NCBI GenBank assembly: GCA_963809475.1
Contig: CAWEJS010000002.1
Coordinates: 344,116-408,115, forward strand
Length of the DNA stretch: 64,000 bases
Reading direction: 5' to 3'
DNA from: an uncultured Acidobacteriota bacterium
GTDB lineage: Bacteria > Acidobacteriota > Vicinamibacteria > Vicinamibacterales > JAKQTR01
The position numbers were made by a program, and so were the translations under genes. The notes beneath the pieces were generated by a model. That model saw only the letters and a program-made list of their open reading frames with translations. It was not told the DNA's origin and ran no database searches. Positions 54,148 through 63,906 of the stretch are shown here, piece by piece; positions within the stretch are counted from its first letter, which is position 1; every line of letters begins with the position of its first letter.

Positions 54148-55641
54148 ATGTCCGACCCCACTGACAAGCTCGCGAGACGGGAGAAGATCGGCTACGCGAT
54201 GGGCGACGTCGCCACGAACTTCTTCTTCCAGTCGATGATCCTCTACCAGACCCGCTTCTACACCGACACCGTCGGACTGTCGGCGGTGGCCGTGGGCACC
54301 ATGTTCCTGGTCCTCCGGCTCGGCGATGCCGTCTTCGATCCGGCCATCGGCGCGCTGTCGGACCGGACCCGCACGCGATGGGGGAGCTTCCGTCCGTGGG
54401 TGCTCGCCACGGCCGTCCCCTTCGGCCTGATCTTCTGGCTGGTTTACGTGACGCCGAACGTCGGCCCGACGGGCAAGCTCATCTACGCGTACCTGACCTA
54501 CACGCTGGTCATGATGCTCTACTCCGCCAACAACACGCCCTACTCGGCCCTGATGGGCGTCATGACGGGCGACGCCGGGGAGCGGAGCAGTCTGGCCAGC
54601 TATCGGTTCGTGGGCGCGTTGATCGGCCAGTTCATCATCCAGGCGCTGCCGCTGCCGCTCGTCGCCAAGTTCGGCGGTGGCGACTCGGCCAAGGGCTGGG
54701 CCATCACCATGGCGATCTTCGGCGCGCTGATCATCGTGCTGAACGTCATCGCGTTCGCGAGCACGCGCGAGCGCGTGCAGGCGCCGCCGGGCGATCGGCA
54801 CCCGCTCAGCGACGACCTGAAGGACGTGCTCACCTGCCGGCCCTGGCTCGTGATGTTCATCCTCACGCTGTCCGTCTTCACGATGCTCGTCGTCCGCGGC
54901 AGCTCGTCGAACTACTTCTTCGCCTACTACCTCGACCCGGAGAGCGTCAGGACGTTCCTGGGCAAGGTCGGCCTCGCAGGCCTGGGCGGCGAGGCGACGG
55001 GCTGGAAGGCCGCGCTGGACGCCCTCGGCCTGCTCGTGAAACCCGACCTCTCGAACGCCGCGGCCGTCGGCCTGAGCCTGTTCTTCGTCGTCGGGAGCCT
55101 GGTGCAGATCGCCGGCATCATCGCCTCCAAGCCCCTCGCGGATCGCTTCGGCAAGAAGGCCGTCTTCATCGCCGGCGTGGCCGTGACGACCGTGGCGACG
55201 CTCGCCGTGTTCCTGGTCGGCCCGAGGTCGGTGGGCCTGCTGTTCTGGCTGGGCGTCCTGTGGGCCGTCGGCTGGGGCCCGACCGTGCCGCTGCTGTGGG
55301 TGATGATTGCGGACGTGGCGGACTTCTCCGAGTGGAAGACCTCGCGCCGCGCGACGGGATTCATGTTTGCGGGCATCCTGTTCGGGCTGAAGGCCGGCCT
55401 GAGCCTGGGCGGCGCGCTGAGCGCGTGGATCATCGACGCCTACGGCTACGTGCCGAACGCCGTGCAGACGAAGCACGCTTTGCTCGGCATCCGCCTCGGG
55501 GCGAGCGTGTACCCGGCGATCATGCTGGGCATTGTGCTCGCGTGCCTGGTCAGTTACCCGATTGGCAAGGCGCTCGGCCTGCGCATCCAGGAGGAACTCA
55601 CCGAGCGCCGTAAACGCTACCGGACCGCGGAGGTGTCGTGA
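54148..55641 (+). CDS. GPH-family glycoside-pentoside-hexuronide:cation symporter (xyloside/aldouronate-type)
   Basis: N-terminus KIGYAMGDVATNFFFQSMILYQTRFYTD and motif LSDRTRTRWGSFRPW, with 12 helices. GAGGAA SD. Confidence 0.9.
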   Translation: MSDPTDKLARREKIGYAMGDVATNFFFQSMILYQTRFYTDTVGLSAVAVGTMFLVLRLGDAVFDPAIGALSDRTRTRWGSFRPWVLATAVPFGLIFWLVYVTPNVGPTGKLIYAYLTYTLVMMLYSANNTPYSALMGVMTGDAGERSSLASYRFVGALIGQFIIQALPLPLVAKFGGGDSAKGWAITMAIFGALIIVLNVIAFASTRERVQAPPGDRHPLSDDLKDVLTCRPWLVMFILTLSVFTMLVVRGSSSNYFFAYYLDPESVRTFLGKVGLAGLGGEATGWKAALDALGLLVKPDLSNAAAVGLSLFFVVGSLVQIAGIIASKPLADRFGKKAVFIAGVAVTTVATLAVFLVGPRSVGLLFWLGVLWAVGWGPTVPLLWVMIADVADFSEWKTSRRATGFMFAGILFGLKAGLSLGGALSAWIIDAYGYVPNAVQTKHALLGIRLGASVYPAIMLGIVLACLVSYPIGKALGLRIQEELTERRKRYRTAEVS

Positions 55642-56768
55642 TGCATGAGCGGTGGCGTCGGGGTGCGTTCACGCTCGGTGTCGCGTGGTTGGCGTACGCG
55701 CTGGTATCCGGGCAGGCGCCCGCGCTGAAGCAGCTCGCGCCGAAGGGCATGCTCATCGGCGCCGCGCTCGGCCAGCGGCAGTGGGACGGCACGGACGCGG
55801 CGGCCGCGGCGATCGTCCCCGTCCAGTTCTCATCCGTCAGCCCCGAGAACGCGCTGAAGTGGGGGCCGATCCATCCCGAGGCGGCGCGCTACAACTTCGA
55901 GCCCGCGGATCGCTACGTCGCCTACGCCGAGGCGCACGGCCTGGTCGCTATCGGGCACGTGCTGGTGTGGCATCAGCAGACGCCGCCGTGGGTCTTCGCC
56001 GGCGAGGGCGGCGGGCGCGCCAGCCGCGACGTGCTGCTCGCCCGCATGCGCGAGCACGTCCAGACCGTGGTCGGGCGGTACCGCGGACGCATCCGCGGGT
56101 GGGACGTCGTCAACGAGGCGGTCGACGAAGACGGATCGCTGCGCAAGACGCCCTGGCTCGAAATCATCGGCGAGGACTTCATCGCCAAGGCGTTCGAGTT
56201 CGCGCACGCGGCCGATCCGAAGGCCGAGCTCTACTACAACGACTACAACCTGTGGAAGCCGGCCAAGCTCGCAGGCGCGCTGCGCGTCGTCAAGGGCCTG
56301 AAGGAGCGCGGCTTGCGGGTCGACGCCGTCGGGGAGCAGGGCCACTGGCTGATCGGCGAGCCCTCGGCCGCCGAGATCGACGCGACGATCGCCGGGATCG
56401 CGGCCGCCGGCCTGAAGACCGTCATCACCGAGCTCGATGTCGACGTCCTCCCCCGCGACGAGGGGATGTACGGGGCCGACCTCTCGCAGCAGAAGGCCTA
56501 CCAGGCGTCGACGAACATCTATCCGAACGGCCTGCCGCAGGAGCAGCAGGAGCGCCTCGCGCGGCGCTACGCGGAGATCGTCGGGGTCTTTCTGAAGCAC
56601 CGCGCCCAGGTGTCGCGCGTCACCTTCTGGGGCGTGACGGACCAGTACTCCTGGCTCAACAACTTCCCCGTCCGCGGCCGCGTGAACTACCCGCTGTTGT
56701 GGGATCGGCAGGGGCAGCCCAAGCCGGCGTTCCAGGCGGTGGTCGACGTACTCAAGGGGGTTCGATGA
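55641..56768 (+). CDS. GH10 endo-1,4-beta-xylanase
   Basis: The ATG overlaps the upstream stop (TGATG). Motifs SPENALKW, GHVLVWHQQTP, WDVVNEA (acid/base), YYNDYN and ITELDV (nucleophile). Confidence 0.9.
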   Translation: MHERWRRGAFTLGVAWLAYALVSGQAPALKQLAPKGMLIGAALGQRQWDGTDAAAAAIVPVQFSSVSPENALKWGPIHPEAARYNFEPADRYVAYAEAHGLVAIGHVLVWHQQTPPWVFAGEGGGRASRDVLLARMREHVQTVVGRYRGRIRGWDVVNEAVDEDGSLRKTPWLEIIGEDFIAKAFEFAHAADPKAELYYNDYNLWKPAKLAGALRVVKGLKERGLRVDAVGEQGHWLIGEPSAAEIDATIAGIAAAGLKTVITELDVDVLPRDEGMYGADLSQQKAYQASTNIYPNGLPQEQQERLARRYAEIVGVFLKHRAQVSRVTFWGVTDQYSWLNNFPVRGRVNYPLLWDRQGQPKPAFQAVVDVLKGVR

Positions 56769-59062
56769 CTCAGCGGAACTCGATGCTTCCCTACCGGGAT
56801 CGCTCCCGGACTCCCGACGAGCGGGCCGAGGATCTCCTGTCCCGGATGACGCTCGAGGAGAAGGTCGCGCAGATGCTCGGCGTCTGGCAGAAGAAGTCCG
56901 AGAAGCTCGTCGACGAGCAGGGCCGGTTCGACGCGGAGAAGGCCGCCAAGGCGTTCGCGGACGGGCACGGTTTGGGACAGGTCGGGCGGCCGAGTGACGC
57001 CGGCGGCGGCCTCGGCGCGCGGCGGATGGCCGAACTCACGAACGACATCCAGCGCTTCTTCGTCGAGCGTTCGCGTCTCGGGATCCCGGTCATCTTCCAC
57101 GAGGAGTGCCTGCACGGCCAGGCGGCGCCGGAAGGGACCAGTTTCCCGCAGCCCATCGGTCTCGGGGCAACCTTCGATCCGGCGCTCGTCCAGCAGCTCT
57201 ACGCCATGACGGCGGCGGAAGCGCGGGCCCGCGGCGCGCATCAGGCCCTGACGCCGGTCGTGGACGTGGCTCGCGACCCCCGGTGGGGCCGCGTCGAGGA
57301 AACGTTCGGCGAGGACCCGTACCTCGTGGCCAGGATGGGGGTGGCCGCGGTGCGCGGGTTCCAGGGCGACGCCACGTTCAAGGGCAAGCGCCACCTCATC
57401 GCCACCATGAAGCACTACGCGGCGCACGGCCAGCCCGAGTCGGGCACGAACTGCGCGCCGGTGAACGTCTCGATGCGGGTGCTGCGCGAGACGTTCCTCT
57501 CGACGTTCAAGGCGGCCATCCTGGAGGGCGGCGCCCTCAGCGTCATGCCCTCCTACAACGAGATCGACGGCGTCCCGTCGCACGCGAACAGGTGGCTGAT
57601 CCAGGACGTCCTCCGCGGCGAGTGGGGCTTCCGCGGCTTCACCGTCTCCGACTACTTCGCCGTGCGCGAACTCGAGGTCGCGCAGTCCTTCTCCGGCCAC
57701 CACGTGGCGCGCGACGGCAAGCACGCCGCCGAGATCGCCGTGCTCACCGGCGTGGACATCGAGTTGCCCGACGCCGACTGCTACCCCCACCTGGTCGAAC
57801 TGGTCCGCGAGGGCACCGTCCCGGAGTCGGTCATCGACGACCGCGTGCGGCCGATGCTTCGCGCGAAGTTCCAAATCGGCCTCTTCGACGATCCGTACGT
57901 CGATCCGGCCGAAGCCGAGCGGATCGTGAGGGACCCGTCACACCAGGCACTCGCCCTCGAGGCGGCGCGGAAGACGATCACGCTGCTCAAGAACGAGGGC
58001 GGCGTCCTGCCGCTCGAGCACGCGGCGATTCGGACCATCGCGATCATCGGACCGAACGCGGACCGCGTGATGCTCGGCGGCTACAGCGGCGTGCCGCTCC
58101 AGTCGGACACGATGCTGCAGGGAATCCGGGCTCGCGTGCCGGCGGGCGTCGAGGTGCTCCACCACGAAGGCTGCAAGATCACCATCGGCGGCTCGTGGGC
58201 CCAGGACGACGTGACGCCGGCGGATGCCGGGGAGAATCGCCGCAGCATTCGCGAGGCGGCCGCCGTGGCCGCACTCGCCGACATCGTCATCCTCGCCATC
58301 GGCGACAACGAGCAGACGTCCCGCGAGGCCTGGGCGATGAACCACAAGGGCGATCGCCCGAGCCTCGACCTGCCCGGCGAGCAGGACGAACTCGTCGAGG
58401 CGGTCGCCGCCACGGGCAAGCCCGTCGTGGCGGTGATCTTCAGCGGCCGGCCGCCGTCGCCACGGCTGGTGGCGGCGAAGGCCGCGGCCATCCTGGAGGT
58501 GTGGTACCTCGGTCAGGAATCGGGCCGCGCCATCGCCGACGTGCTCTTCGGCGACGTCAACCCGGGCGGCAAGCTCCCCATCACCATGCCTCGGTCCGTG
58601 GGCCACGTGCCGGCCTACTACAACCACAAGCCGTCCGCGCGCCGTGGGTACTTGTTCGATTCGGTTGACCCGCTCTTCGCCTTCGGGTTCGGGCTCAGCT
58701 ACACGACCTTCGCGTTCACGAACCTCCGGCTCGACACGCGCGAGATCGCGGCCGGCGAGTCCGCGCGCGTGTCGGTGGACGTGACGAACACCGGGTCGGT
58801 GGCGGGCGACGAGGTGGCGCAGCTCTATATCCGCGACGTGGTGAGCAGCGTCACGCGGCCGGTGAAGGAGCTCAAGGGGTTCCAGCGCATCACGCTGGCG
58901 CCGGGCGAGACCCGCACGGTCACGTTCGACGTCACGCCTGAACACCTGTCGTTCTACGACATCGACATGGTCTGGAGGGTGGAGCCGGGCGAGTTCCGGC
59001 TGATGGTGGGATCCTCGTCCCGGGACGAGGATCTCAAGACGATCGTGCTGAGGGTGAAGTGA
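56765..59062 (+). CDS. GH3 beta-xylosidase/beta-glucosidase, no signal peptide (cytoplasmic)
   Basis: ATGA overlap with the GH10 gene. Motifs MTLEEKVAQM, VARDPRWGRVEETFGEDP, KHYAAHG, GFTVSDYFA and GFGLSYTTF. The first 371 codons of track ORF 55652..59062 are out-of-frame overlap with GH10. Confidence 0.9.
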   Translation: MTQRNSMLPYRDRSRTPDERAEDLLSRMTLEEKVAQMLGVWQKKSEKLVDEQGRFDAEKAAKAFADGHGLGQVGRPSDAGGGLGARRMAELTNDIQRFFVERSRLGIPVIFHEECLHGQAAPEGTSFPQPIGLGATFDPALVQQLYAMTAAEARARGAHQALTPVVDVARDPRWGRVEETFGEDPYLVARMGVAAVRGFQGDATFKGKRHLIATMKHYAAHGQPESGTNCAPVNVSMRVLRETFLSTFKAAILEGGALSVMPSYNEIDGVPSHANRWLIQDVLRGEWGFRGFTVSDYFAVRELEVAQSFSGHHVARDGKHAAEIAVLTGVDIELPDADCYPHLVELVREGTVPESVIDDRVRPMLRAKFQIGLFDDPYVDPAEAERIVRDPSHQALALEAARKTITLLKNEGGVLPLEHAAIRTIAIIGPNADRVMLGGYSGVPLQSDTMLQGIRARVPAGVEVLHHEGCKITIGGSWAQDDVTPADAGENRRSIREAAAVAALADIVILAIGDNEQTSREAWAMNHKGDRPSLDLPGEQDELVEAVAATGKPVVAVIFSGRPPSPRLVAAKAAAILEVWYLGQESGRAIADVLFGDVNPGGKLPITMPRSVGHVPAYYNHKPSARRGYLFDSVDPLFAFGFGLSYTTFAFTNLRLDTREIAAGESARVSVDVTNTGSVAGDEVAQLYIRDVVSSVTRPVKELKGFQRITLAPGETRTVTFDVTPEHLSFYDIDMVWRVEPGEFRLMVGSSSRDEDLKTIVLRVK

Positions 59063-59072
59063 AGATGAGGCG

Positions 59073-59103
59073 GAGCGGCGGACGGCCAGTCCGTCCGCCG
59101 CTC
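59073..59103. terminator. Bidirectional hairpin terminator between convergent GH3 genes
   Basis: Perfect 13-bp stem GAGCGGCGGACGG / CCGTCCGCCGCTC with a 5-nt loop ccagt. It lies 10 nt after the + stop and 7 nt before the - stop, and is followed by TGATTGT. Confidence 0.6.
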
Positions 59104-59110
59104 TGATTGT

Positions 59111-61471
59111 CTACCTGGCCGAGCCGACCGACACCGAGACCTTCTCGACGGTCTCTTGCTTCGGCTTGGTGATCGTCGCCGTCTGCCGGATGTCCTCAGA
59201 GGAAGCGCCGACGTTCACCGTGTAGGTGCCGGCCTCCGCGATCCACGACAACGACGCCTCGTCGAACGACGTGAAGTCCCGCGGCGTCAGCGTGAACGTG
59301 ACGAGCTGCGACTCGCCCGGCTTCAGCGTCTTCGTCTTGGCGAACCCCTTGAGCTCGATCGCCGGCTTCGACGCGATCTTGCCGGGAGCTGTGAGATAGA
59401 GCTGCACGACCTCCCGCCCGGCGGCTTTCCCCGCGTTCGTGACGGTGAGTGACACCTCGAACGTGCTCCCGCCCCCGCTGCCAGTCAGCTTCAGCCCGGA
59501 ATACCCGAACTGCGTGTAGGTCAGGCCGTATCCGAACGGGTAGGCGGGCTTCACGCCCTTGGTCGCGAAGTGCCGGTACCCGACCCAGATGTCGTCCAGG
59601 TACTCCACCTCGGCAGCCCGATCCACTGAGGCAAAGATCCCGGAGGCCTTCGGATCCGGCCCCAGCAGCGTCTTGCCCGGGAAAGTGGCCGACGAAGGGA
59701 CGTCTTCCCACGTCACGGGGAACGTCGTGGCCAGTCTTCCCGAGGGCGGCGTCCTGCCCGTCAGCACGTCGGCGATCGCGTTGCCGGACTCCTGGCCCGG
59801 CTGCCAGGCCAGGAGGATCGCGTCAGGCTGGTCCCTCCAGCTGGCGGTCTCAATCACCCCGCCGATGTTCAACACGACGAGGACCTTCTTCTTGCGCGCG
59901 TGGAAGGCCGCCGCGACATCCTTGAGCAGCACCTTCTCAGTCGGCGTCAACTCGAAGTCGCCTTCGCGCTTCCGATCGGTGAACTCCCCCGACCGGCGGC
60001 CGATGGTCACGAGCGCCATGTCGTCGTCCTGCGCCAGTTTGGCAATCTCCTCGGCCGGCACCGGCATTTCGGGCAGCGGCGCCGGCAGCATGAATGGCAT
60101 TCCGGCCGGCCGCTTCTTCTCCTGCTCGGCGATGTAGGACGCGTAGCGCGCCGACAGCGCCCCGTCTACGCCGAGCCCGGCACCCTTCAACCCGTCGACG
60201 AGCGACACGGAGTAGGCTTCGTTCACGTCGCCGCTGCCCGTGCCGCCGGTGATCATCGCGTAGGACGTGTTGCCGAAGAGCGCGAGCTTCGCGGCGGCGG
60301 GCAGCGGCAGCGCCCCCTCGTTCCGCAGGAGCACCATGCCCTGCGCGGCGGCGTCACGCGCCACCTGCGCGTGGGCCTTGAGGTCGGGGGTGTCCGAGTG
60401 CGCGTACTTCCGGAAGCTCGGCGTGCGGAGGATGTAGTCCAGGATGATCCTGACGTTGCGATCGAGCACCTCTGCCTTCAGCTCGCCGCTCGCGAGGGCC
60501 GCCAGCAGGGCCTTGCGCTGGTTCTCCGTGCCGGGCATCAGCAGCTCGTTGCCGGCCATCATCTGCGCCACCGCGTCGCGCCCGCCGAACCAGTCGGTCA
60601 TGATGAGGCCGCCGTACTTCCAGTCGTCGCGCACGACGCCCTGCAGGAGCGACGGGTTCTCCGAGGTATACGTGCCGTTGACCTTGTTGTAGGAGGACAT
60701 GATCGTCCACGGGTTGGCCTCGCGGACGACGATCTCGAACGCGCGGAGGTAGATCTCGCGGAGCGCGCGCTGCGAGACCTTCACGTTGATGGTATTGCGG
60801 TTCCACTCGTGATCGTTGGCGACGAAGTGCTTGACCGACGTGCCCACGCCCTGCGACTGCACGCCCTTCACAATGGCCGCCGCCATCTTCCCCGAGATCA
60901 GCGGGTCCTCCGAGTGGTACTCGAAGTTGCGGCCGCCGAGGGGATTGCGGTGGATGTCGAGCGCCGGCCCGAGGATGACGTCGACGCCGTACTCCTTGAC
61001 TTCGTTGCCCATGGCGCGGCCGACCTGCTCCACCAGATTGACGTCCCAGGTCGATGCGAGCAGCGTCGCGATGGGAAAGGCGGTGGCGTAGTACGTGCGC
61101 GACGTGTCCTTGCCGCGCGTGGGCTGGATCCGGAGCCCGGCGGGCCCGTCGGCCACGATCGTGGCCGGGATGCCCAGCCTCGGGACCGCGAATGTCGTCC
61201 CGGCCGCGCCCGGCACCCGCTCCTCCGTCACGCCGACCGAGGGCCCAGCCATGTCCGGGGACAAGCCGCCGAACCGCATGCCCGTGCCGATGACGAGGCT
61301 CACCTTCTCCTCCCTCGTCATGGCGGCGATGACGTCCTTCACCGGCGCCTTCCCGAGTTGCGGCAGCGTCTGCCCGCCGCCGGCCTGCGCCCGGGCCGTG
61401 CCCGCCAGGCATCCTGCCACGAGGCACACGGCCGCCAGCGGCGCGGCCGCCCGCATCAAACCTGATCCCAT
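59111..61471 (-). CDS. GH3 beta-glucosidase-type hydrolase, lipoprotein
   Basis: ATG 61471 follows GGAGGAG. N-terminus MGSGLMRAAAPLAAVCLVAGCLAG (lipobox VAGC). Motifs MTREEKV, HRNPLGGRNFEYHSEDP, KHFVANDHE, LIMTDWFG and GYGLTYTQF. Confidence 0.9.
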   Translation of the reverse strand: MGSGLMRAAAPLAAVCLVAGCLAGTARAQAGGGQTLPQLGKAPVKDVIAAMTREEKVSLVIGTGMRFGGLSPDMAGPSVGVTEERVPGAAGTTFAVPRLGIPATIVADGPAGLRIQPTRGKDTSRTYYATAFPIATLLASTWDVNLVEQVGRAMGNEVKEYGVDVILGPALDIHRNPLGGRNFEYHSEDPLISGKMAAAIVKGVQSQGVGTSVKHFVANDHEWNRNTINVKVSQRALREIYLRAFEIVVREANPWTIMSSYNKVNGTYTSENPSLLQGVVRDDWKYGGLIMTDWFGGRDAVAQMMAGNELLMPGTENQRKALLAALASGELKAEVLDRNVRIILDYILRTPSFRKYAHSDTPDLKAHAQVARDAAAQGMVLLRNEGALPLPAAAKLALFGNTSYAMITGGTGSGDVNEAYSVSLVDGLKGAGLGVDGALSARYASYIAEQEKKRPAGMPFMLPAPLPEMPVPAEEIAKLAQDDDMALVTIGRRSGEFTDRKREGDFELTPTEKVLLKDVAAAFHARKKKVLVVLNIGGVIETASWRDQPDAILLAWQPGQESGNAIADVLTGRTPPSGRLATTFPVTWEDVPSSATFPGKTLLGPDPKASGIFASVDRAAEVEYLDDIWVGYRHFATKGVKPAYPFGYGLTYTQFGYSGLKLTGSGGGSTFEVSLTVTNAGKAAGREVVQLYLTAPGKIASKPAIELKGFAKTKTLKPGESQLVTFTLTPRDFTSFDEASLSWIAEAGTYTVNVGASSEDIRQTATITKPKQETVEKVSVSVGSAR

Positions 61472-61496
61472 CTCGTCTCCTCCCGCCCATCGGGCG

Positions 61497-61502
61497 TACA
61501 AT
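61497..61502 (+). promoter_or_regulatory. Candidate -10 box (TACAAT) 9 nt upstream of the GH3 ATG
   Basis: It lies within the 40-bp divergent spacer 61472-61511. There is no SD between it and ATG 61512. Confidence 0.3.
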
Positions 61503-61511
61503 CGCGCCACC

Positions 61512-63731
61512 ATGCGCTCACACACGCTCGTGCTCGCTCTCGCCGCCGCCGCCCTCGTCGCCCTTGCACCCGGCCTGCCTGCCGCGCCCGCCGCGCCCCA
61601 GGCCGGCTCCGGCCCCTTCCCGTTCCAGAATCCCGATCTGGCCGTCGAAACCCGCATCACCGATCTCATCTCGCGAATGACGCTCGACGAGAAGATCGAC
61701 GCCATGGCCAACCGCACCTCGGTGCCGAGGCTGGGCGTCGTGGGCTCACCGCACATCGAGGGGTATCACGGGGTGGCCCAGGGCGGCCCCAGCAACTGGG
61801 GCCAGCGTAATCCTACCCCGACTACGCAATTCCCGCAGGCCTACGGACTGGGCGAAACGTGGGACCCCGCGCTGCTGCAGCGGGTCGCCGCGCAGGAGGC
61901 CCTCGAGGCCCGCTACCTCTATCAGAGCCCCGCCTACCACCGCTCGGGGCTCATCGTCCGGGCGCCGAACGCCGATCTGGCCAGGGATCCGCGCTGGGGC
62001 CGCACCGAGGAGGTCTACGGCGAGGACCCGTTTCTGACGGGAGCACTCGCGGCGGCGTTTGCGCGGGGATTGCAGGGCGACGACCCCCGTTACTGGATGA
62101 CGGCGTCGCTCCTCAAGCACTTCCTCGCCAACAGCAATGAGGACACGCGCACGTCGTCATCGTCGAACTTCGACGAGCGGCTGTGGCGCGAGTACTACGC
62201 CTGGCCGTTCGAGCGAGGCGTGAGCGCGGGCGGGTCGCGGGCGTTGATGGCGGCCTACAACGCGGTCAACGGGACTCCCGCGCATGTGCACCCGATGCTC
62301 CGGCAGATCGTGATGCGTGAGTGGGGCGTGGACGGCATCATCTGCACGGACGGGAGCGGCCTGCGGCTGCTCGTCACGGACCACAAGGCGTTCCCCGACC
62401 TGCCCACGGCAGCCGCCGCGTGCGTCAAGGCCGGCATCAACTTCTTCCTCGATCAGCACAAGGCGCCCGTGACCGAGGCGGTGAAACGCGGGCTGATCAC
62501 GGAGGCCGACATCGACGCCGCGTTGCGCGGAGTGTTCCGCGTGTCGCTGCGGCTGGGACTCCTCGACCCGCCTGAGCGGGTGCCGTACTCGCGCATCGGC
62601 GCGGTTGGCGATCCCGAGCCGTGGTCCAAGCCCGAGACCCGGGCCTTCGTCCGCGAGGTGACCCGGAAGTCGATCGTGCTGCTCAAGAACGACGCCGGCC
62701 TGCTCCCGTTCGACCGCGTGAAGATCCGGTCGGTTGCGGTCGTGGGCCCGCTCGCCAACGCAGTGCTGCTCGACTGGTATTCCGGCACGCCGCCTTACGC
62801 GATCTCCCCGCGCCGGGGGATTGAGACCGTCGCGAGCGCTCCGCGGGCGGGCGCGCGGTCGGTGGGCGTGACCTGGGTCGGCGACATGGGCGAGGCGGCC
62901 CTGAAGGTGGCGAAGACGAGGGACGCCGTGGTGGTGTGCGTGGGCAACCATCCCGAGGGGAATGCGGCCTGGAACGTGGTGTCGTCGCCCAGCGAAGGCA
63001 AGGAGGCGGTTGATCGCAAGGAGATTGTGCTCCAGCCTGACCAGGAGGAGTTCGTCCGCAAGCTCTACGCCGTGAACCCGAACACGGTCGTCGTGCTCAT
63101 CTCGAACTTCCCCTACGCCATGCCCTGGGCTGCTGCGCACGCCTCGACAATCCTGCACATGACGCACGCGAGCCAGGAGCAGGGCACGGCGCTCGCCGAC
63201 GTGCTGTTCGGCGACTACAACCCCGGCGGCAAGCTCACCCAGACCTGGCCTTCTTCACTCGACCAGCTTCCGGACCTGATGGACTACGACATCCGGCACG
63301 GCCGCACATACATGTACTTTCGCGGCGAGCCGCAGTACCCGTTCGGCTACGGGCTCAGCTACACGACGTTCACCTTCGCCAACCTCGCGGTGTCGCAGCC
63401 GTCGATCGGCCTGCAGGGGACGCTGACAGTCAGCGTCGACGTGGCCAACACCGGCACCCGGGACGGCGACGAGGTGGTCCAGGTCTACGGGCGCGTTCAG
63501 GACTCTGCCGTCGATCGGCCGGCGAAGAAGCTGATCGGGTTCGCGCGCGTCTCGATCGCCGCCGGCCAGGCGCGCCGCGTGGAGATTCCGCTGCGCGGGG
63601 CGGACGTTGCGTACTGGGACGTGACCCGGCACGCCTGGGCGCTCGAGCGCGCGAAGCTCGAGCTGATGGTCGGCAACTCGTCGGCCGACGCCGCCCTGAC
63701 GCTCCGCAAGGTGGTCGACATGCGGCCGTGA
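61512..63731 (+). CDS. GH3 exo-beta-xylosidase-like hydrolase, secreted
   Basis: Signal peptide MRSHTLVLALAAAALVALAPGLPAAPA. Motifs MTLDEKIDAM, ARDPRWGRTEEVYGEDP, KHFLANSNE, IICTDGSG and GYGLSYTTF. Confidence 0.9.
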   Translation: MRSHTLVLALAAAALVALAPGLPAAPAAPQAGSGPFPFQNPDLAVETRITDLISRMTLDEKIDAMANRTSVPRLGVVGSPHIEGYHGVAQGGPSNWGQRNPTPTTQFPQAYGLGETWDPALLQRVAAQEALEARYLYQSPAYHRSGLIVRAPNADLARDPRWGRTEEVYGEDPFLTGALAAAFARGLQGDDPRYWMTASLLKHFLANSNEDTRTSSSSNFDERLWREYYAWPFERGVSAGGSRALMAAYNAVNGTPAHVHPMLRQIVMREWGVDGIICTDGSGLRLLVTDHKAFPDLPTAAAACVKAGINFFLDQHKAPVTEAVKRGLITEADIDAALRGVFRVSLRLGLLDPPERVPYSRIGAVGDPEPWSKPETRAFVREVTRKSIVLLKNDAGLLPFDRVKIRSVAVVGPLANAVLLDWYSGTPPYAISPRRGIETVASAPRAGARSVGVTWVGDMGEAALKVAKTRDAVVVCVGNHPEGNAAWNVVSSPSEGKEAVDRKEIVLQPDQEEFVRKLYAVNPNTVVVLISNFPYAMPWAAAHASTILHMTHASQEQGTALADVLFGDYNPGGKLTQTWPSSLDQLPDLMDYDIRHGRTYMYFRGEPQYPFGYGLSYTTFTFANLAVSQPSIGLQGTLTVSVDVANTGTRDGDEVVQVYGRVQDSAVDRPAKKLIGFARVSIAAGQARRVEIPLRGADVAYWDVTRHAWALERAKLELMVGNSSADAALTLRKVVDMRP

Positions 63732-63780
63732 ACGGAACGCCGCGATTCGGCGTCGCCGGCACCTCGGCGACGGGTCCTGT

Positions 63781-63851
63781 CCGAGGCGTTTCCATTTGTC
63801 CTCGCGTGACCTTCGCCTGTCCTCGCTGCGGGCAAATGGAAAGCGCCTCGG
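63781..63851. repeat. Long imperfect inverted repeat downstream of the GH3 gene
   Basis: CCGAGGCGTTTCCATTTG (63781-98) pairs with CAAATGGAAA(G)CGCCTCGG (63833-51): 18 bp with one bulge and a 34-nt loop. The loop contains a tgtcctcgc direct repeat. Confidence 0.4.
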
Positions 63852-63906
63852 CCACCCGCGTCCTGCACTCGACGACTCGGAATCGCGGTCTCACACGAAC
63901 GAAGTA

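Noticed and set aside
55652-56764. N-terminal part of the 1136-aa ORF 55652..59062
   Set aside because: It is an alternative frame of the GH10 xylanase gene. The GH3 protein begins at ATG 56765 (MTQRNSMLPYRDRSRTPDERAEDLLSRMTLEEKV).
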